Source of the DNA: an uncultured bacterium
GTDB lineage: Bacteria; Cyanobacteriota; Vampirovibrionia; Gastranaerophilales; Gastranaerophilaceae
NCBI GenBank assembly: GCA_946636615.1
Contig: CAMPBE010000003.1
Location: 15,928-79,927, forward strand
DNA length: 64,000 bases
Reading direction: 5' to 3'
Of this stretch, positions 28,037-36,290 are shown piece after piece. How positions within the stretch are numbered: the stretch's first letter is position 1; each line of letters opens with the position of its first letter. The translations under genes and the position numbers were made by a program. The notes below the pieces were generated by a model that made no database searches, was not told where the DNA came from, and was given only the letters and a program-made list of their open reading frames with translations.

Positions 28037-28993
28037 ATGGCAGCAGTATTAGATTTTGAAAAACCAATATTAGAAATACAAGAAAAAATAGAAGAATTAA
28101 AAAAGATAAGTTTGGAGTCAGGCATGGATCTAAATAAAGAAATTGAAACTTTTGAACAGCAGGCACAGGATTATAAAAAAGAGTTATATTCTAATTTAAA
28201 ACCGGCTCAGAAATTGCAAATTGCACGACATCCTGAAAGACCGAACTTTTTAGATTATGTTAACAATATTTGTGAAGATTTTATAGAATTTCATGGCGAT
28301 AGAGAGGGCATGGATGATAGGGCAATTATTGGCGGTATAGCTAAGATTGATGGTAAACCTGTTATGATTATCGGTACCATGAAAGGTAAATCAACAAAAG
28401 AAAATTTGGAATACAATTTTGGTATGCCTCAGCCTCAGGGGTATAGAAAGGCTTTAAGATTATTTAATCATGCAAATAAATTCGGTTTGCCTATAATAAC
28501 TTTAATAGATACTCCAGGGGCATATCCCGGTATAAGTGCTGAAGAAACAAACCAAGGTGGAGCTATTGCCGTAAATCTTCGTGATATGGCAAAATTGGAA
28601 GTTCCTGTTATTGCGATTATTACAGGTGAAGGATGCTCAGGTGGTGCCTTAGGTTTGGCAGTCGCAAATAAAGTGTTTTTGCTTGAACATGCTTATTATA
28701 CAGTAATTTCTCCGGAAGGTTGTGCATCTATTCTTTGGAGAGATGCTTCTAAGTCTGCTGAAGCTGCAGATGCTCTGAAAATTACCGCAAAAGATTTACT
28801 AAAATTTGATATAATTGATGGTGAAATTGCCGAACCTACAGGTGGCGCTCATACAAATTATGAGGAAATTTCTGCTAATATGAAAAAGACTATATTGGAA
28901 AGTTTAAAGGAATTATCAAAATTATCTGCAAAGAAATTAAAAGAGCAAAGATACCAAAAATTCAGAAAAATGGGTATGTTTTTAGAAGGCTAG
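28037..28993 (+). CDS. accA: Acetyl-CoA carboxylase carboxyltransferase alpha subunit
   Basis: 318-aa ORF with IARHPERP, DTPGAYPG and GEGCSGGALG. Its start abuts the accD stop. Confidence 0.95.
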   Translation: MAAVLDFEKPILEIQEKIEELKKISLESGMDLNKEIETFEQQAQDYKKELYSNLKPAQKLQIARHPERPNFLDYVNNICEDFIEFHGDREGMDDRAIIGGIAKIDGKPVMIIGTMKGKSTKENLEYNFGMPQPQGYRKALRLFNHANKFGLPIITLIDTPGAYPGISAEETNQGGAIAVNLRDMAKLEVPVIAIITGEGCSGGALGLAVANKVFLLEHAYYTVISPEGCASILWRDASKSAEAADALKITAKDLLKFDIIDGEIAEPTGGAHTNYEEISANMKKTILESLKELSKLSAKKLKEQRYQKFRKMGMFLEG

Positions 28994-28996
28994 TGT

Positions 28997-29896
28997 ATGT
29001 CTGATAATTATTATGAATTACAAATAAGAATTAATCCCGAAATAGAAGATGTGATTTCGGATTTTTTCTTTGAAAATTTTTCTTGCGAGGGTGTCGTTCT
29101 TGCTGAAGAAACATACAAAGATTTAGAAATGGTTTCGACAACAGAGGGTACTTTGAGAGTGTTTTTAGCAGAAGAACCCAACCAACTTTCAATGTTAATT
29201 TTAAAACAACGTGATTTGTTAAAATCAAGAGGTTTAACAGATGAAGAACTAGGTAGTTGGGAATATGTTTTGTCGCCAAAGAAAAACGAGGATTGGTCAA
29301 AAAAGTGGAAAGAAAAGTGGGGTATTACCCGTGTAACTGATAAAATTGTGGTTGTGCCTGATTGGCTAGAATATGAGCAAAAAAAGGATGAGGTTGTTAT
29401 TCGCCTTGAACCTGGATGCGCTTTTGGAACCGGTACTCACCAAACAACCCAATTATGCATGAAAGCTATTGAAAAATATATGTCATGTGGTGCAAAAATG
29501 GCAGATATTGGCATGGGATCAGGAATTTTGGCGATTTGTGCTAAAAAATTCGGCGCAAGTTATGTATATGGTTGTGATAACGATGAAACTGTTATTGATG
29601 TTGCAAAAGAAAATGCTTTGAAAAATGGTGCTGAATGTGTTTTTGAATTAAATACTACTGACAAAATTACGGAAAAGTTTGATTTTGTATGTGCAAACAT
29701 TCTTCATAATGTTTTAGCTGAAATTATGGGGGAATTAAAAAACATAATGAGTAAAGGTGCGATTATGGTTTTGTCAGGTATTCTTGACGAAAAGAAACCG
29801 GTTGTGCTTGATGCTATAAAAAAATGGAATATGGAACTGATTGAAGAAGCTCATCAGGATCAATGGGTGGCATTAATTGTAAAAAGGATAGATTAA
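28997..29896 (+). CDS. prmA: Ribosomal protein L11 methyltransferase
   Basis: FGTGTHQTTQLC and the SAM motif DIGMGSGILA. Confidence 0.9.
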   Translation: MSDNYYELQIRINPEIEDVISDFFFENFSCEGVVLAEETYKDLEMVSTTEGTLRVFLAEEPNQLSMLILKQRDLLKSRGLTDEELGSWEYVLSPKKNEDWSKKWKEKWGITRVTDKIVVVPDWLEYEQKKDEVVIRLEPGCAFGTGTHQTTQLCMKAIEKYMSCGAKMADIGMGSGILAICAKKFGASYVYGCDNDETVIDVAKENALKNGAECVFELNTTDKITEKFDFVCANILHNVLAEIMGELKNIMSKGAIMVLSGILDEKKPVVLDAIKKWNMELIEEAHQDQWVALIVKRID

Positions 29897-29897
29897 A

Positions 29898-30626
29898 ATG
29901 GGAAAAACTGCGATTATAATACCTGCCAGATATGGATCATCTAGGTTAGAAGGAAAACCGTTAATAAGAGTTGAAGGAAAGACTATTATTCAATGGGTTT
30001 ATGAAAAAGCAAAACAGTCAAAATTAGCAGATATTATTATTGTGGCTACTGATGATAAAAGAATTTTTGATGTAGTAAAAGGGTTTGGCGGAGAGGTTGA
30101 AATGACATCTGTTGAGCACAAATGTGGTTCTGATAGAATTAAAGAAGTTGTTATGCGACATCCTGAAATTGATTTTATTGTGAATTTACAAGGTGATGAA
30201 CCTTTAATTAAGCCTGAAAGCATTGATGAGGTAGCAAGGAATGTTAAAGAAGACAGTTTGGCTGATATTTCGACATTAATTAGGAAAATTACTCCAGAAG
30301 AAGCTGAAAATCCAAATTTAGTTAAGTGTGTTGTTGACAATAATGGTTATGCGTTGTATTTCTCTCGTTCAAAAATTCCGTATGAAAGAAATAACGGTAA
30401 ATCGGATTTTTACGGCCATTTGGGAATTTACGGATACAAAAGGGAGGCATTGGTTAAGATGACAGAGCTTCCTCAAACATCTTATGAAATGGCGGAAAGT
30501 TTGGAGCAATTGAGAGCTTTGCAAAACGGCATGAGAATAAAAACTTCTGTTGTTGATTTTGTACCTGTTGGTATTGATACTGCTGATGATGTAGAAAAGT
30601 TTAAAACTTTAGTAGGTGCAAATTAG
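29898..30626 (+). CDS. kdsB: 3-deoxy-manno-octulosonate cytidylyltransferase (CMP-Kdo synthetase)
   Basis: IIPARYGSSRLEGKPL, NLQGDEP and LEQLRALQNG. Confidence 0.9.
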   Translation: MGKTAIIIPARYGSSRLEGKPLIRVEGKTIIQWVYEKAKQSKLADIIIVATDDKRIFDVVKGFGGEVEMTSVEHKCGSDRIKEVVMRHPEIDFIVNLQGDEPLIKPESIDEVARNVKEDSLADISTLIRKITPEEAENPNLVKCVVDNNGYALYFSRSKIPYERNNGKSDFYGHLGIYGYKREALVKMTELPQTSYEMAESLEQLRALQNGMRIKTSVVDFVPVGIDTADDVEKFKTLVGAN

Positions 30627-30761
30627 AAAATCTTTTAAAAAAGTGCTTGCAAAATTTTAATTAATGGATTAAGATATATTTATAAATATTAACGAAAATT
30701 TATAAAAATAAATATTTTTTAATATTAGTAATGTTAGTGGTGAAATTATTTAGCAAAGGAA

Positions 30762-31517
30762 ATGAGTATGACTGAAAATACGGAAATGGCTAATGAATCA
30801 GAGGATCGTCAACGTATATTGTTGGCTGATGATGAAGCTAGTATCAGACGAATTCTTGAGACGAGATTAAAAATGGTTGGATATGATGTATATACAGCTC
30901 AAGATGGCGAAGAAGCTGTAAATGCATTTAATAAATATAATCCGGATTTGGTAGTTTTAGATGTAATGATGCCGAAGATGGACGGTTATGGTGTTACAAG
31001 AGAAATCAGAAGAACTTCTGATGTTCCTATTATTATTTTGACAGCTTTAGGTGATGTTTCTGAAAGAATTACAGGTTTAGAACTTGGTGCAGATGATTAT
31101 GTCATCAAACCTTTTTCTCCAAAAGAATTGGAAGCTCGCGTAAAAGCCGTTTTGAGACGTACAAATAACAGAGAAACAGTTACTCCTACAGGAAAAGTAA
31201 CAAAGAATGTTATAACAACAGGTAATATAAAAATCGATACTGCACGTCGTCAAGTATACAGAAAGAATGAAAGAATAAGATTGACAGGAATGGAATTCAG
31301 CTTGTTAGAGTTGCTTGTAAATAATTCTGGTCAAGCATTTTCAAGAAATGAAATTCTACAACATGTATGGGCATATCCGCCTGATCACAGAATTGATACT
31401 CGTGTAGTTGATGTACATATTTCAAGATTACGTTCAAAATTGGAATCCGATCCTGCAAATCCTGAGTTAATATTAACAGCTCGCGGAATAGGATATATGT
31501 TCCAAAGAATAAGCTAA
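30762..31517 (+). CDS. OmpR-family response regulator (RpaB/Ycf27-like)
   Basis: Receiver domain with ILLADDE...LDVMMPKMDG...KPF, and a winged-helix output domain with RVVDVHISRLRSKLE. Confidence 0.9.
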   Translation: MSMTENTEMANESEDRQRILLADDEASIRRILETRLKMVGYDVYTAQDGEEAVNAFNKYNPDLVVLDVMMPKMDGYGVTREIRRTSDVPIIILTALGDVSERITGLELGADDYVIKPFSPKELEARVKAVLRRTNNRETVTPTGKVTKNVITTGNIKIDTARRQVYRKNERIRLTGMEFSLLELLVNNSGQAFSRNEILQHVWAYPPDHRIDTRVVDVHISRLRSKLESDPANPELILTARGIGYMFQRIS

Positions 31518-31524
31518 AAAATCA

Positions 31525-31556
31525 AAAGGACCTTGGCAATTGCTAAGGTCCTTTTG
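31525..31556 (+). terminator. Intrinsic terminator after the response regulator
   Basis: GGACCTTGGCA/TGCTAAGGTCC hairpin followed by TTTT. Confidence 0.7.
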
Positions 31557-31601
31557 TATGTCTTGATTTTAATCTTTTTTATGTTAATATGATTAGGTGA
31601 T

Positions 31602-31678
31602 GGCGGGTGTCGTCAAGTGGTTAAGACCACGGATTGTGGTTCCGTTATGCGTGGGTTCGAATCCCACCACCCGCCCCA
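31602..31678 (+). tRNA. tRNA-His (GTG) with encoded G-1 and CCA
   Basis: Hand fold. G-1 is at 31602. The acceptor GCGGGTG pairs with CACCCGC. The anticodon arm is ACGGA-TTGTGGT-TCCGT with anticodon GTG. The T arm is GTGGG-TTCGAAT-CCCAC. Discriminator C is followed by CCA. Confidence 0.9.
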
Positions 31679-31680
31679 CT

Positions 31681-31712
31681 AAAAAGCAGATAACAAAAGT
31701 TATCTGCTTTTT
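31681..31712 (+). terminator. Intrinsic terminator after tRNA-His
   Basis: AAAAAGCAGATAAC-AAAA-GTTATCTGCTTTTT. Confidence 0.8.
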
Positions 31713-31735
31713 AGTTTGAGATGTTGTGAAATTCT

Positions 31736-31886
31736 GAGAACCCAACAGGCCGACAGGTCTGTCTGTGGTTCGAGCGGATTTTTTGCAGAGTGCGGAGTGC
31801 TTTTGCAAAGTGATGTAAATCACGTCGGCAAAACACGTAGACACGTTTAACGCAAAAAATCCAAGACAATCCCACCACCCGCCCCA
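31736..31886 (+). ncRNA. tRNA-His-tail element A (candidate structured small RNA or att-site relic)
   Basis: A 151-nt unit that ends in a 19-nt exact copy of the tRNA-His 3' end, AATCCCACCACCCGCCCCA (31868-31886 matches 31660-31678). It has internal hairpins and is followed by its own terminator. It is a near-duplicate of element B. Confidence 0.5.
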
Positions 31887-31896
31887 TAATAAAAAT

Positions 31897-31922
31897 AAGC
31901 ACCCTTTTGGGTGCGTTTTTTA
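31897..31922 (+). terminator. Intrinsic terminator after element A
   Basis: GCACCC-TTTT-GGGTGC followed by a T-run. Confidence 0.75.
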
Positions 31923-31938
31923 TTTGTGTAGTTGGGAT

Positions 31939-32090
31939 GAGAACCTTACCAAGCGAAGCTTGGTCTGGGTTCGAGCGAGGAGCGAGCAGAGGCTGGAGTG
32001 CTTTTGCAATGTGATGTAAATCACGACGGCAAAACACGTAGACACGTTTAACGCAAAAAAATCCAAGACAATCCAACCACTCGCTCCCCA
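31939..32090 (+). ncRNA. tRNA-His-tail element B (diverged tandem copy of element A)
   Basis: A 152-nt unit with the same module order as A. Its ~77-nt core differs from A only by 2 substitutions and 1 A-run indel. It ends in the degenerate tRNA-like tail AATCCAACCACTCGCTCCCCA. Confidence 0.5.
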
Positions 32091-32102
32091 TTTAAAGAGT
32101 CT

Positions 32103-32121
32103 GACTCTTCGGGGTCTTTTT
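32103..32121 (+). terminator. Intrinsic terminator after element B
   Basis: GACTC-TTCG-GGGTC (UUCG tetraloop) followed by TTTTT. Confidence 0.75.
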
Positions 32122-32395
32122 ATTAGGAACGATAAGGATTTTCAGAATTAGTGCCTTTTAACAGGACATTTGGTCGGATGTGGTAAAGATTTGAGTTGCT
32201 AAAGTTGCTAATTTTAGTAAACATTAGCGATTTTGTTTGGTCGGAAGTTGATTGATTTAAAATGTCAGAAATGTCCGATTGCGGTAACAAAAATGCCCGA
32301 TATTTTACTCTTTTTGTCCTAATATTTGCACTCCTAAGTATTGTTGGGTTGCCCAACCTACAATCTATTCACTACAGGTTGCAGTTTTGCGCAAG

Positions 32396-33415
32396 TTATA
32401 ATATGGGTGGAATATACCCATTATTTACAAGATAAAATTTGTTAATATTCTTAGGATAAATCTTTCCGCCCATTATTCCTGAAAAATATTCAGCCATAAA
32501 TTCATCTAAGCTATATGAATACAATGAAACATTTTCAGGTATTTGTATATCTTTTGCAATTTTTTGATATTTGCTTGTATCACCAATTAATGTTGAACCT
32601 GCACCCACATTATTAAGAGTGTGACCAACTTCATGATATATAATTCCATCAATAGTTGGATTTGCGAGATATCCTTTTTCTTCTTGTACAATTTTAAATA
32701 TATCATCAGAATAAATTACATATCTGTCTTTTAAAGCTTTATTTACTATTGCCTCGTTCATTTCATCTTCTAATGTATATCTTACCTTAGGAAATTCCCG
32801 CACTCCTTTTTGGTGCATATTTTTAAAAGCAGTATAAATGTTTTGTGAAATTTTTTCATGATCAGTTAAGCGTGCATCAATGCCCAATTCTGCAAGTTTA
32901 TTTTCTATATCTATTACTTTTGGATTTGTTGATTTAGGGAATATTATATCGTCAAAAACACTAACAAATTTTGCACGAGCACTATTACCTATTTCGCCAT
33001 ACTTATCAAGAAGTTCTTTTGTTGTATTTAAAGGATCTACACCTTCATTTCTTCTTAAATATTCAGGCCATGAGCTTTTTATGTCATAAAATAGTTTACG
33101 TATTTCATCTTGTTCTACTGCGGTAAATTTTTGCTCTCTAATGGAATATAATAATTCTTCTTCGGATTTGTTTAAATATTTTCTTAATTTTGGATTTTCT
33201 TTTGCTATAAATTGCAATAAATTATCTTTTTTAAATATTTCAATATTTTTTTCAAGTTTTGTTACAAAAGGAACGACATTATTTAGTTTAGAATCATACT
33301 TTATGTTTTTAATATTTGGAATTACTTTTTGTGGTTTGGCGCAGAAGAGCAGACTTTTGCAGAGTTTTCCCCCACGCTCAACCATAAAATTAAAAGCAAC
33401 TTTTTGTAATCCCAT
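32396..33415 (-). CDS. Hypothetical protein with an HExxH zinc-metalloprotease motif
   Basis: 339-aa ORF containing IIYHEVGHTL and a downstream DEFMAEYFSG, a possible third-ligand Glu. No family was recognised. Confidence 0.6.
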   Translation of the reverse strand: MGLQKVAFNFMVERGGKLCKSLLFCAKPQKVIPNIKNIKYDSKLNNVVPFVTKLEKNIEIFKKDNLLQFIAKENPKLRKYLNKSEEELLYSIREQKFTAVEQDEIRKLFYDIKSSWPEYLRRNEGVDPLNTTKELLDKYGEIGNSARAKFVSVFDDIIFPKSTNPKVIDIENKLAELGIDARLTDHEKISQNIYTAFKNMHQKGVREFPKVRYTLEDEMNEAIVNKALKDRYVIYSDDIFKIVQEEKGYLANPTIDGIIYHEVGHTLNNVGAGSTLIGDTSKYQKIAKDIQIPENVSLYSYSLDEFMAEYFSGIMGGKIYPKNINKFYLVNNGYIPPIL

Positions 33416-33568
33416 AGCAATATTTTCCCCTGTGTATATTTATATAAAATATTTTTTTTTTCAGAAATTGCTTAATTGTGACATAGTATGAAAGAATTGT
33501 TACAAATTAACTTTACCAAAAAGTGTAAACTATCTGTATAACGAAACCATATTATCTGTCATTTTAAA

Positions 33569-33614
33569 GAGAACCCAACAGACCGACAGGTCTGTCTGTG
33601 GTTCGAGCGGATTT
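33569..33614 (+). repeat. Solo copy of the 46-nt 5' module of element A
   Basis: GAGAACCCAACAGACCGACAGGTCTGTCTGTGGTTCGAGCGGATTT matches 31736-31781 with one difference, G to A at a stem position. Confidence 0.85.
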
Positions 33615-33664
33615 ATAAATTATTTATGATAAAATTCTCTGTATAAGATTGATAGGAAATAATA

Positions 33665-34258
33665 ATGAGTAAAATAGTATTGATTTCATCAATTGCAATT
33701 ATTACAATATTAGCGTTAATTCTTTTGATATTTGCTTTGAATTGGTATCTTAATAAAAATGTCAGTTATACTAATAATTTATCAGACAAAAAAATATTGA
33801 TTGCATATTATTCTTATAGTAATCATACTGAAGAAATTGCAAATATGATTAATCAATATTTGAACTGTGATATTGTTGAAATTAAATCAGAAGAATATGA
33901 AAATAAAAATATTATAGAACTAAACAAGCTCGTTAATCAACAAATAAAAAATGAAACCCTTCCGAAAATAAATAAAATTGATATTTCGAATTATGATCTT
34001 ATATTTGTTGGAAGTCCTGTTTGGAAAGATGATGTAGCATTGCCTGTTAAAAGTTTTTTGATTAATAATGATTTTAATGGCAAAATTATTATTCCGTTTT
34101 ATACCTTTGGAGGGTTTGTTGATAAATTAAGGTTAGATAATCAAATAAAAGAATATTCTCATAATGACAGTGTTTTACCTTCATTTTTAACTGTTTATTT
34201 TAAATTTGCATTTATTGAGTACAGACTTACAAAATGGTTAAATGGAATAAATTTATAG
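33665..34258 (+). CDS. Membrane-anchored flavodoxin-like protein
   Basis: 197-aa ORF with an N-terminal TM helix followed by the flavodoxin-like pattern KILIAYYSYSNHTEEIA...DLIFVGSPVW. Confidence 0.65.
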   Translation: MSKIVLISSIAIITILALILLIFALNWYLNKNVSYTNNLSDKKILIAYYSYSNHTEEIANMINQYLNCDIVEIKSEEYENKNIIELNKLVNQQIKNETLPKINKIDISNYDLIFVGSPVWKDDVALPVKSFLINNDFNGKIIIPFYTFGGFVDKLRLDNQIKEYSHNDSVLPSFLTVYFKFAFIEYRLTKWLNGINL

Positions 34259-34300
34259 TCTATTGCTTTTTTAAAATCCAATTTGGAAATGCTTTTAAAT

Positions 34301-35236
34301 TTATTCTAATGTAAGATTAAACGGTTTTTGGTTCTCAAATGTTGAACCTATGTGTTTTTCATTATTTGAGACTATTTTAAATCCTTTTTCAATGTTAATG
34401 CAAAATTTGTCAGGCAAAAGCTGCTTGAAATCATTTTTATTTCCGTTATTGTTAATTGTTGTTATTGTTACTATATTGTTATTTTCATATGTGTAATTTA
34501 CAATTTCCAAAGGCTTTTCGACATCCCATGAGGCATAATGGAATCCTTTTATCGGTTTGTTGTTTTTATATGTGACAATCCAAAGCCCCTCTGATTCTCG
34601 TCCAGATTCATATCGAGCAATCATTTTTATTTCGTTGTTGTCGTCGATTATTTGCATTTCAGATGCGCAAACTTCATATTTACAATTGTTGCCTTGTATT
34701 GTAAGGATTTTCCCACCTTCGGTATTTACTCCTGTAATCGTTGTTTCTCTTGGGAGTTTGCCCTCTTTTATACATTGCTCAAGATAATTTATTTCTTCGA
34801 TATTTGTTTTTGAATTATTTTTAGAAAATTCCAATAAAACTCTTGCACTGTTTGCTTTTCCTAATAAATCAAGAATGTATTTAGGTGTAGGCATAACTGC
34901 GGATTTAGAGTTCTCTTGTTTTGGCTGAATATCTTGTGTTAAAGCTTTTTCTGCTTCATCTATGTATTCAGGTTTATTTATAACTTTTTTTTGCATATCG
35001 GGAGTTTGAATCAGTTGACTAAACACCCTGCCGTTGGCGGATTTTGTTTCCACAATGGTTCCGACGGGCATTTCAAATTCTTCCCCGTTTATATCCATTT
35101 TTCCGCCTTTTAAAAAGGTTATATATTTTACCTGTGAACCGTCATCAAAAGTTACTTCTTGCAGCTTACTGCCATCATCAAGAATCTTACATTTAATTTC
35201 GACTTTTTTTCCTTTATATGAAGTAACCTTAGTCAA
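34301..35236 (-). CDS. Hypothetical protein (orphan, 311 aa)
   Basis: Long ORF with a TTG start after AAAGGA, second gene of a two-gene minus-strand operon. No recognisable motif. Confidence 0.6.
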   Translation of the reverse strand: MTKVTSYKGKKVEIKCKILDDGSKLQEVTFDDGSQVKYITFLKGGKMDINGEEFEMPVGTIVETKSANGRVFSQLIQTPDMQKKVINKPEYIDEAEKALTQDIQPKQENSKSAVMPTPKYILDLLGKANSARVLLEFSKNNSKTNIEEINYLEQCIKEGKLPRETTITGVNTEGGKILTIQGNNCKYEVCASEMQIIDDNNEIKMIARYESGRESEGLWIVTYKNNKPIKGFHYASWDVEKPLEIVNYTYENNNIVTITTINNNGNKNDFKQLLPDKFCINIEKGFKIVSNNEKHIGSTFENQKPFNLTLE

Positions 35237-35247
35237 TTTATTATCCT

Positions 35248-35613
35248 TTACACGGTTGCTATTACTGTATCTGCTGATACAGGAGTAAATTCTGTGAATT
35301 TTATCTCAGGATTTTTAAATGCTGCATACTCAGGTAATAGTTTATCATAAACACTGTCAATTTCACCGGAACGATTAAGTTCCGCTAATGTTAAATTAGC
35401 GTTATCTCTGTTAGACTTCACAGTTGCTGCAAGTAGTCGTTCTTCATCAGAACGAGCTTCTTCGTTGTCATTATATGTAAAGTCGTCACTAGTTGTACCT
35501 TGATTATTGCTGTAAGGCTGCGAATATGGAGATATTCGTTCTTTTATAGCATTTCTAAGGTTTTTAAAAGCTGATTTGATCTGTGGAAAAGAGACTCCGG
35601 GTATGTTATCCAT
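35248..35613 (-). CDS. Hypothetical protein (orphan, 121 aa)
   Basis: A strong AAGGAGG lies 6 nt upstream of the ATG. No recognisable motif. Confidence 0.65.
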   Translation of the reverse strand: MDNIPGVSFPQIKSAFKNLRNAIKERISPYSQPYSNNQGTTSDDFTYNDNEEARSDEERLLAATVKSNRDNANLTLAELNRSGEIDSVYDKLLPEYAAFKNPEIKFTEFTPVSADTVIATV

Positions 35614-35886
35614 TTTTAGCCTCCTTTCTTGTATACATATTGCACTTCATAAATATATAAAACCTATTATATATTAATTATTTACATAATATATACAAAT
35701 TGTTACAAAACTTTACAATTCATAAATTTGTTCAAAATTTTTTCATTGGCGTTTATTTTAAATGCATTATAAATGCATATTTATTGACATATGCTTTGAT
35801 TTTTAATAGAATCGTGTTGTGGAAATTTGTATGTTAAACAACTTTCACTATTTTTGTTTTAATTATTTGTATAAGGAGTTAGGTTT

Positions 35887-36189
35887 ATGAAAAAGATTTT
35901 ATTAGCGTTGGCAGTTTTGTTATTTACCACAGTAGCAGCAAGGGCAGAGTTTTTAGGTGGTTTTATTTATAACGGAGCAACAACTCCCGGCGGCGGTTAT
36001 ACTGCAGCAATTGCATCAAAACAAGGTTCTGCTACATGTAAAAATGTATGGTATATTGTTAGTGTAGGCGATTGTAGCGTCAAAGCGGCAATGAAAAACG
36101 GCGGTATCCGTTCTTTAGCAGGTTATGATGTACACAGAGAAAATATCTTAGGCTTTCAAACAATAACAGTAAAAGCTTGGGGAAATTAG
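35887..36189 (+). CDS. TRL-like small secreted protein
   Basis: 100-aa ORF after AAGGAG, with a signal peptide. The pattern G.IY....P.....K.G.A.C......VGD.S...A...GGI......D matches my recollection of the TRL-like family. Confidence 0.6.
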   Translation: MKKILLALAVLLFTTVAARAEFLGGFIYNGATTPGGGYTAAIASKQGSATCKNVWYIVSVGDCSVKAAMKNGGIRSLAGYDVHRENILGFQTITVKAWGN

Positions 36190-36209
36190 TTGAGTAATAA
36201 AATATTAAA

Positions 36210-36242
36210 AAGAGGGGAATCTTATAGGTTCCTCTTTTTTTT
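36210..36242 (+). terminator. Intrinsic terminator after the TRL-like gene
   Basis: GAGGGGAA/TTCCTC hairpin followed by T8. Confidence 0.65.
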
Positions 36243-36290
36243 GTGGTTTAAATTTCCTGTTACATATCTTAACAATAATCTGTAAATTAT

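Noticed and set aside
31593-32091. Minus-strand ORFs 31593..31844 (83 aa) and 31711..32091 (126 aa) from the ORF track
   Set aside because: They overlap tRNA-His and its terminators, and their internal repeat (FCVKRVYVFCRRDLHH.AKAL twice) is simply the translation of the tandem non-coding elements A and B. They have no RBS and are treated as non-coding.
32123-32356. 77-aa minus-strand ORF in the non-coding stretch after element B
   Set aside because: It has no RBS, low-complexity composition and no recognisable motif. The region contains short direct DNA repeats and looks non-coding or like decayed sequence.
31602-35613. Prophage or integrative element inserted at tRNA-His
   Set aside because: The tRNA 3'-end copies and direct repeats suggest past site-specific events. 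No integrase, excisionase, transposase, phage structural gene or conjugation gene is present, so no mobile element is called.
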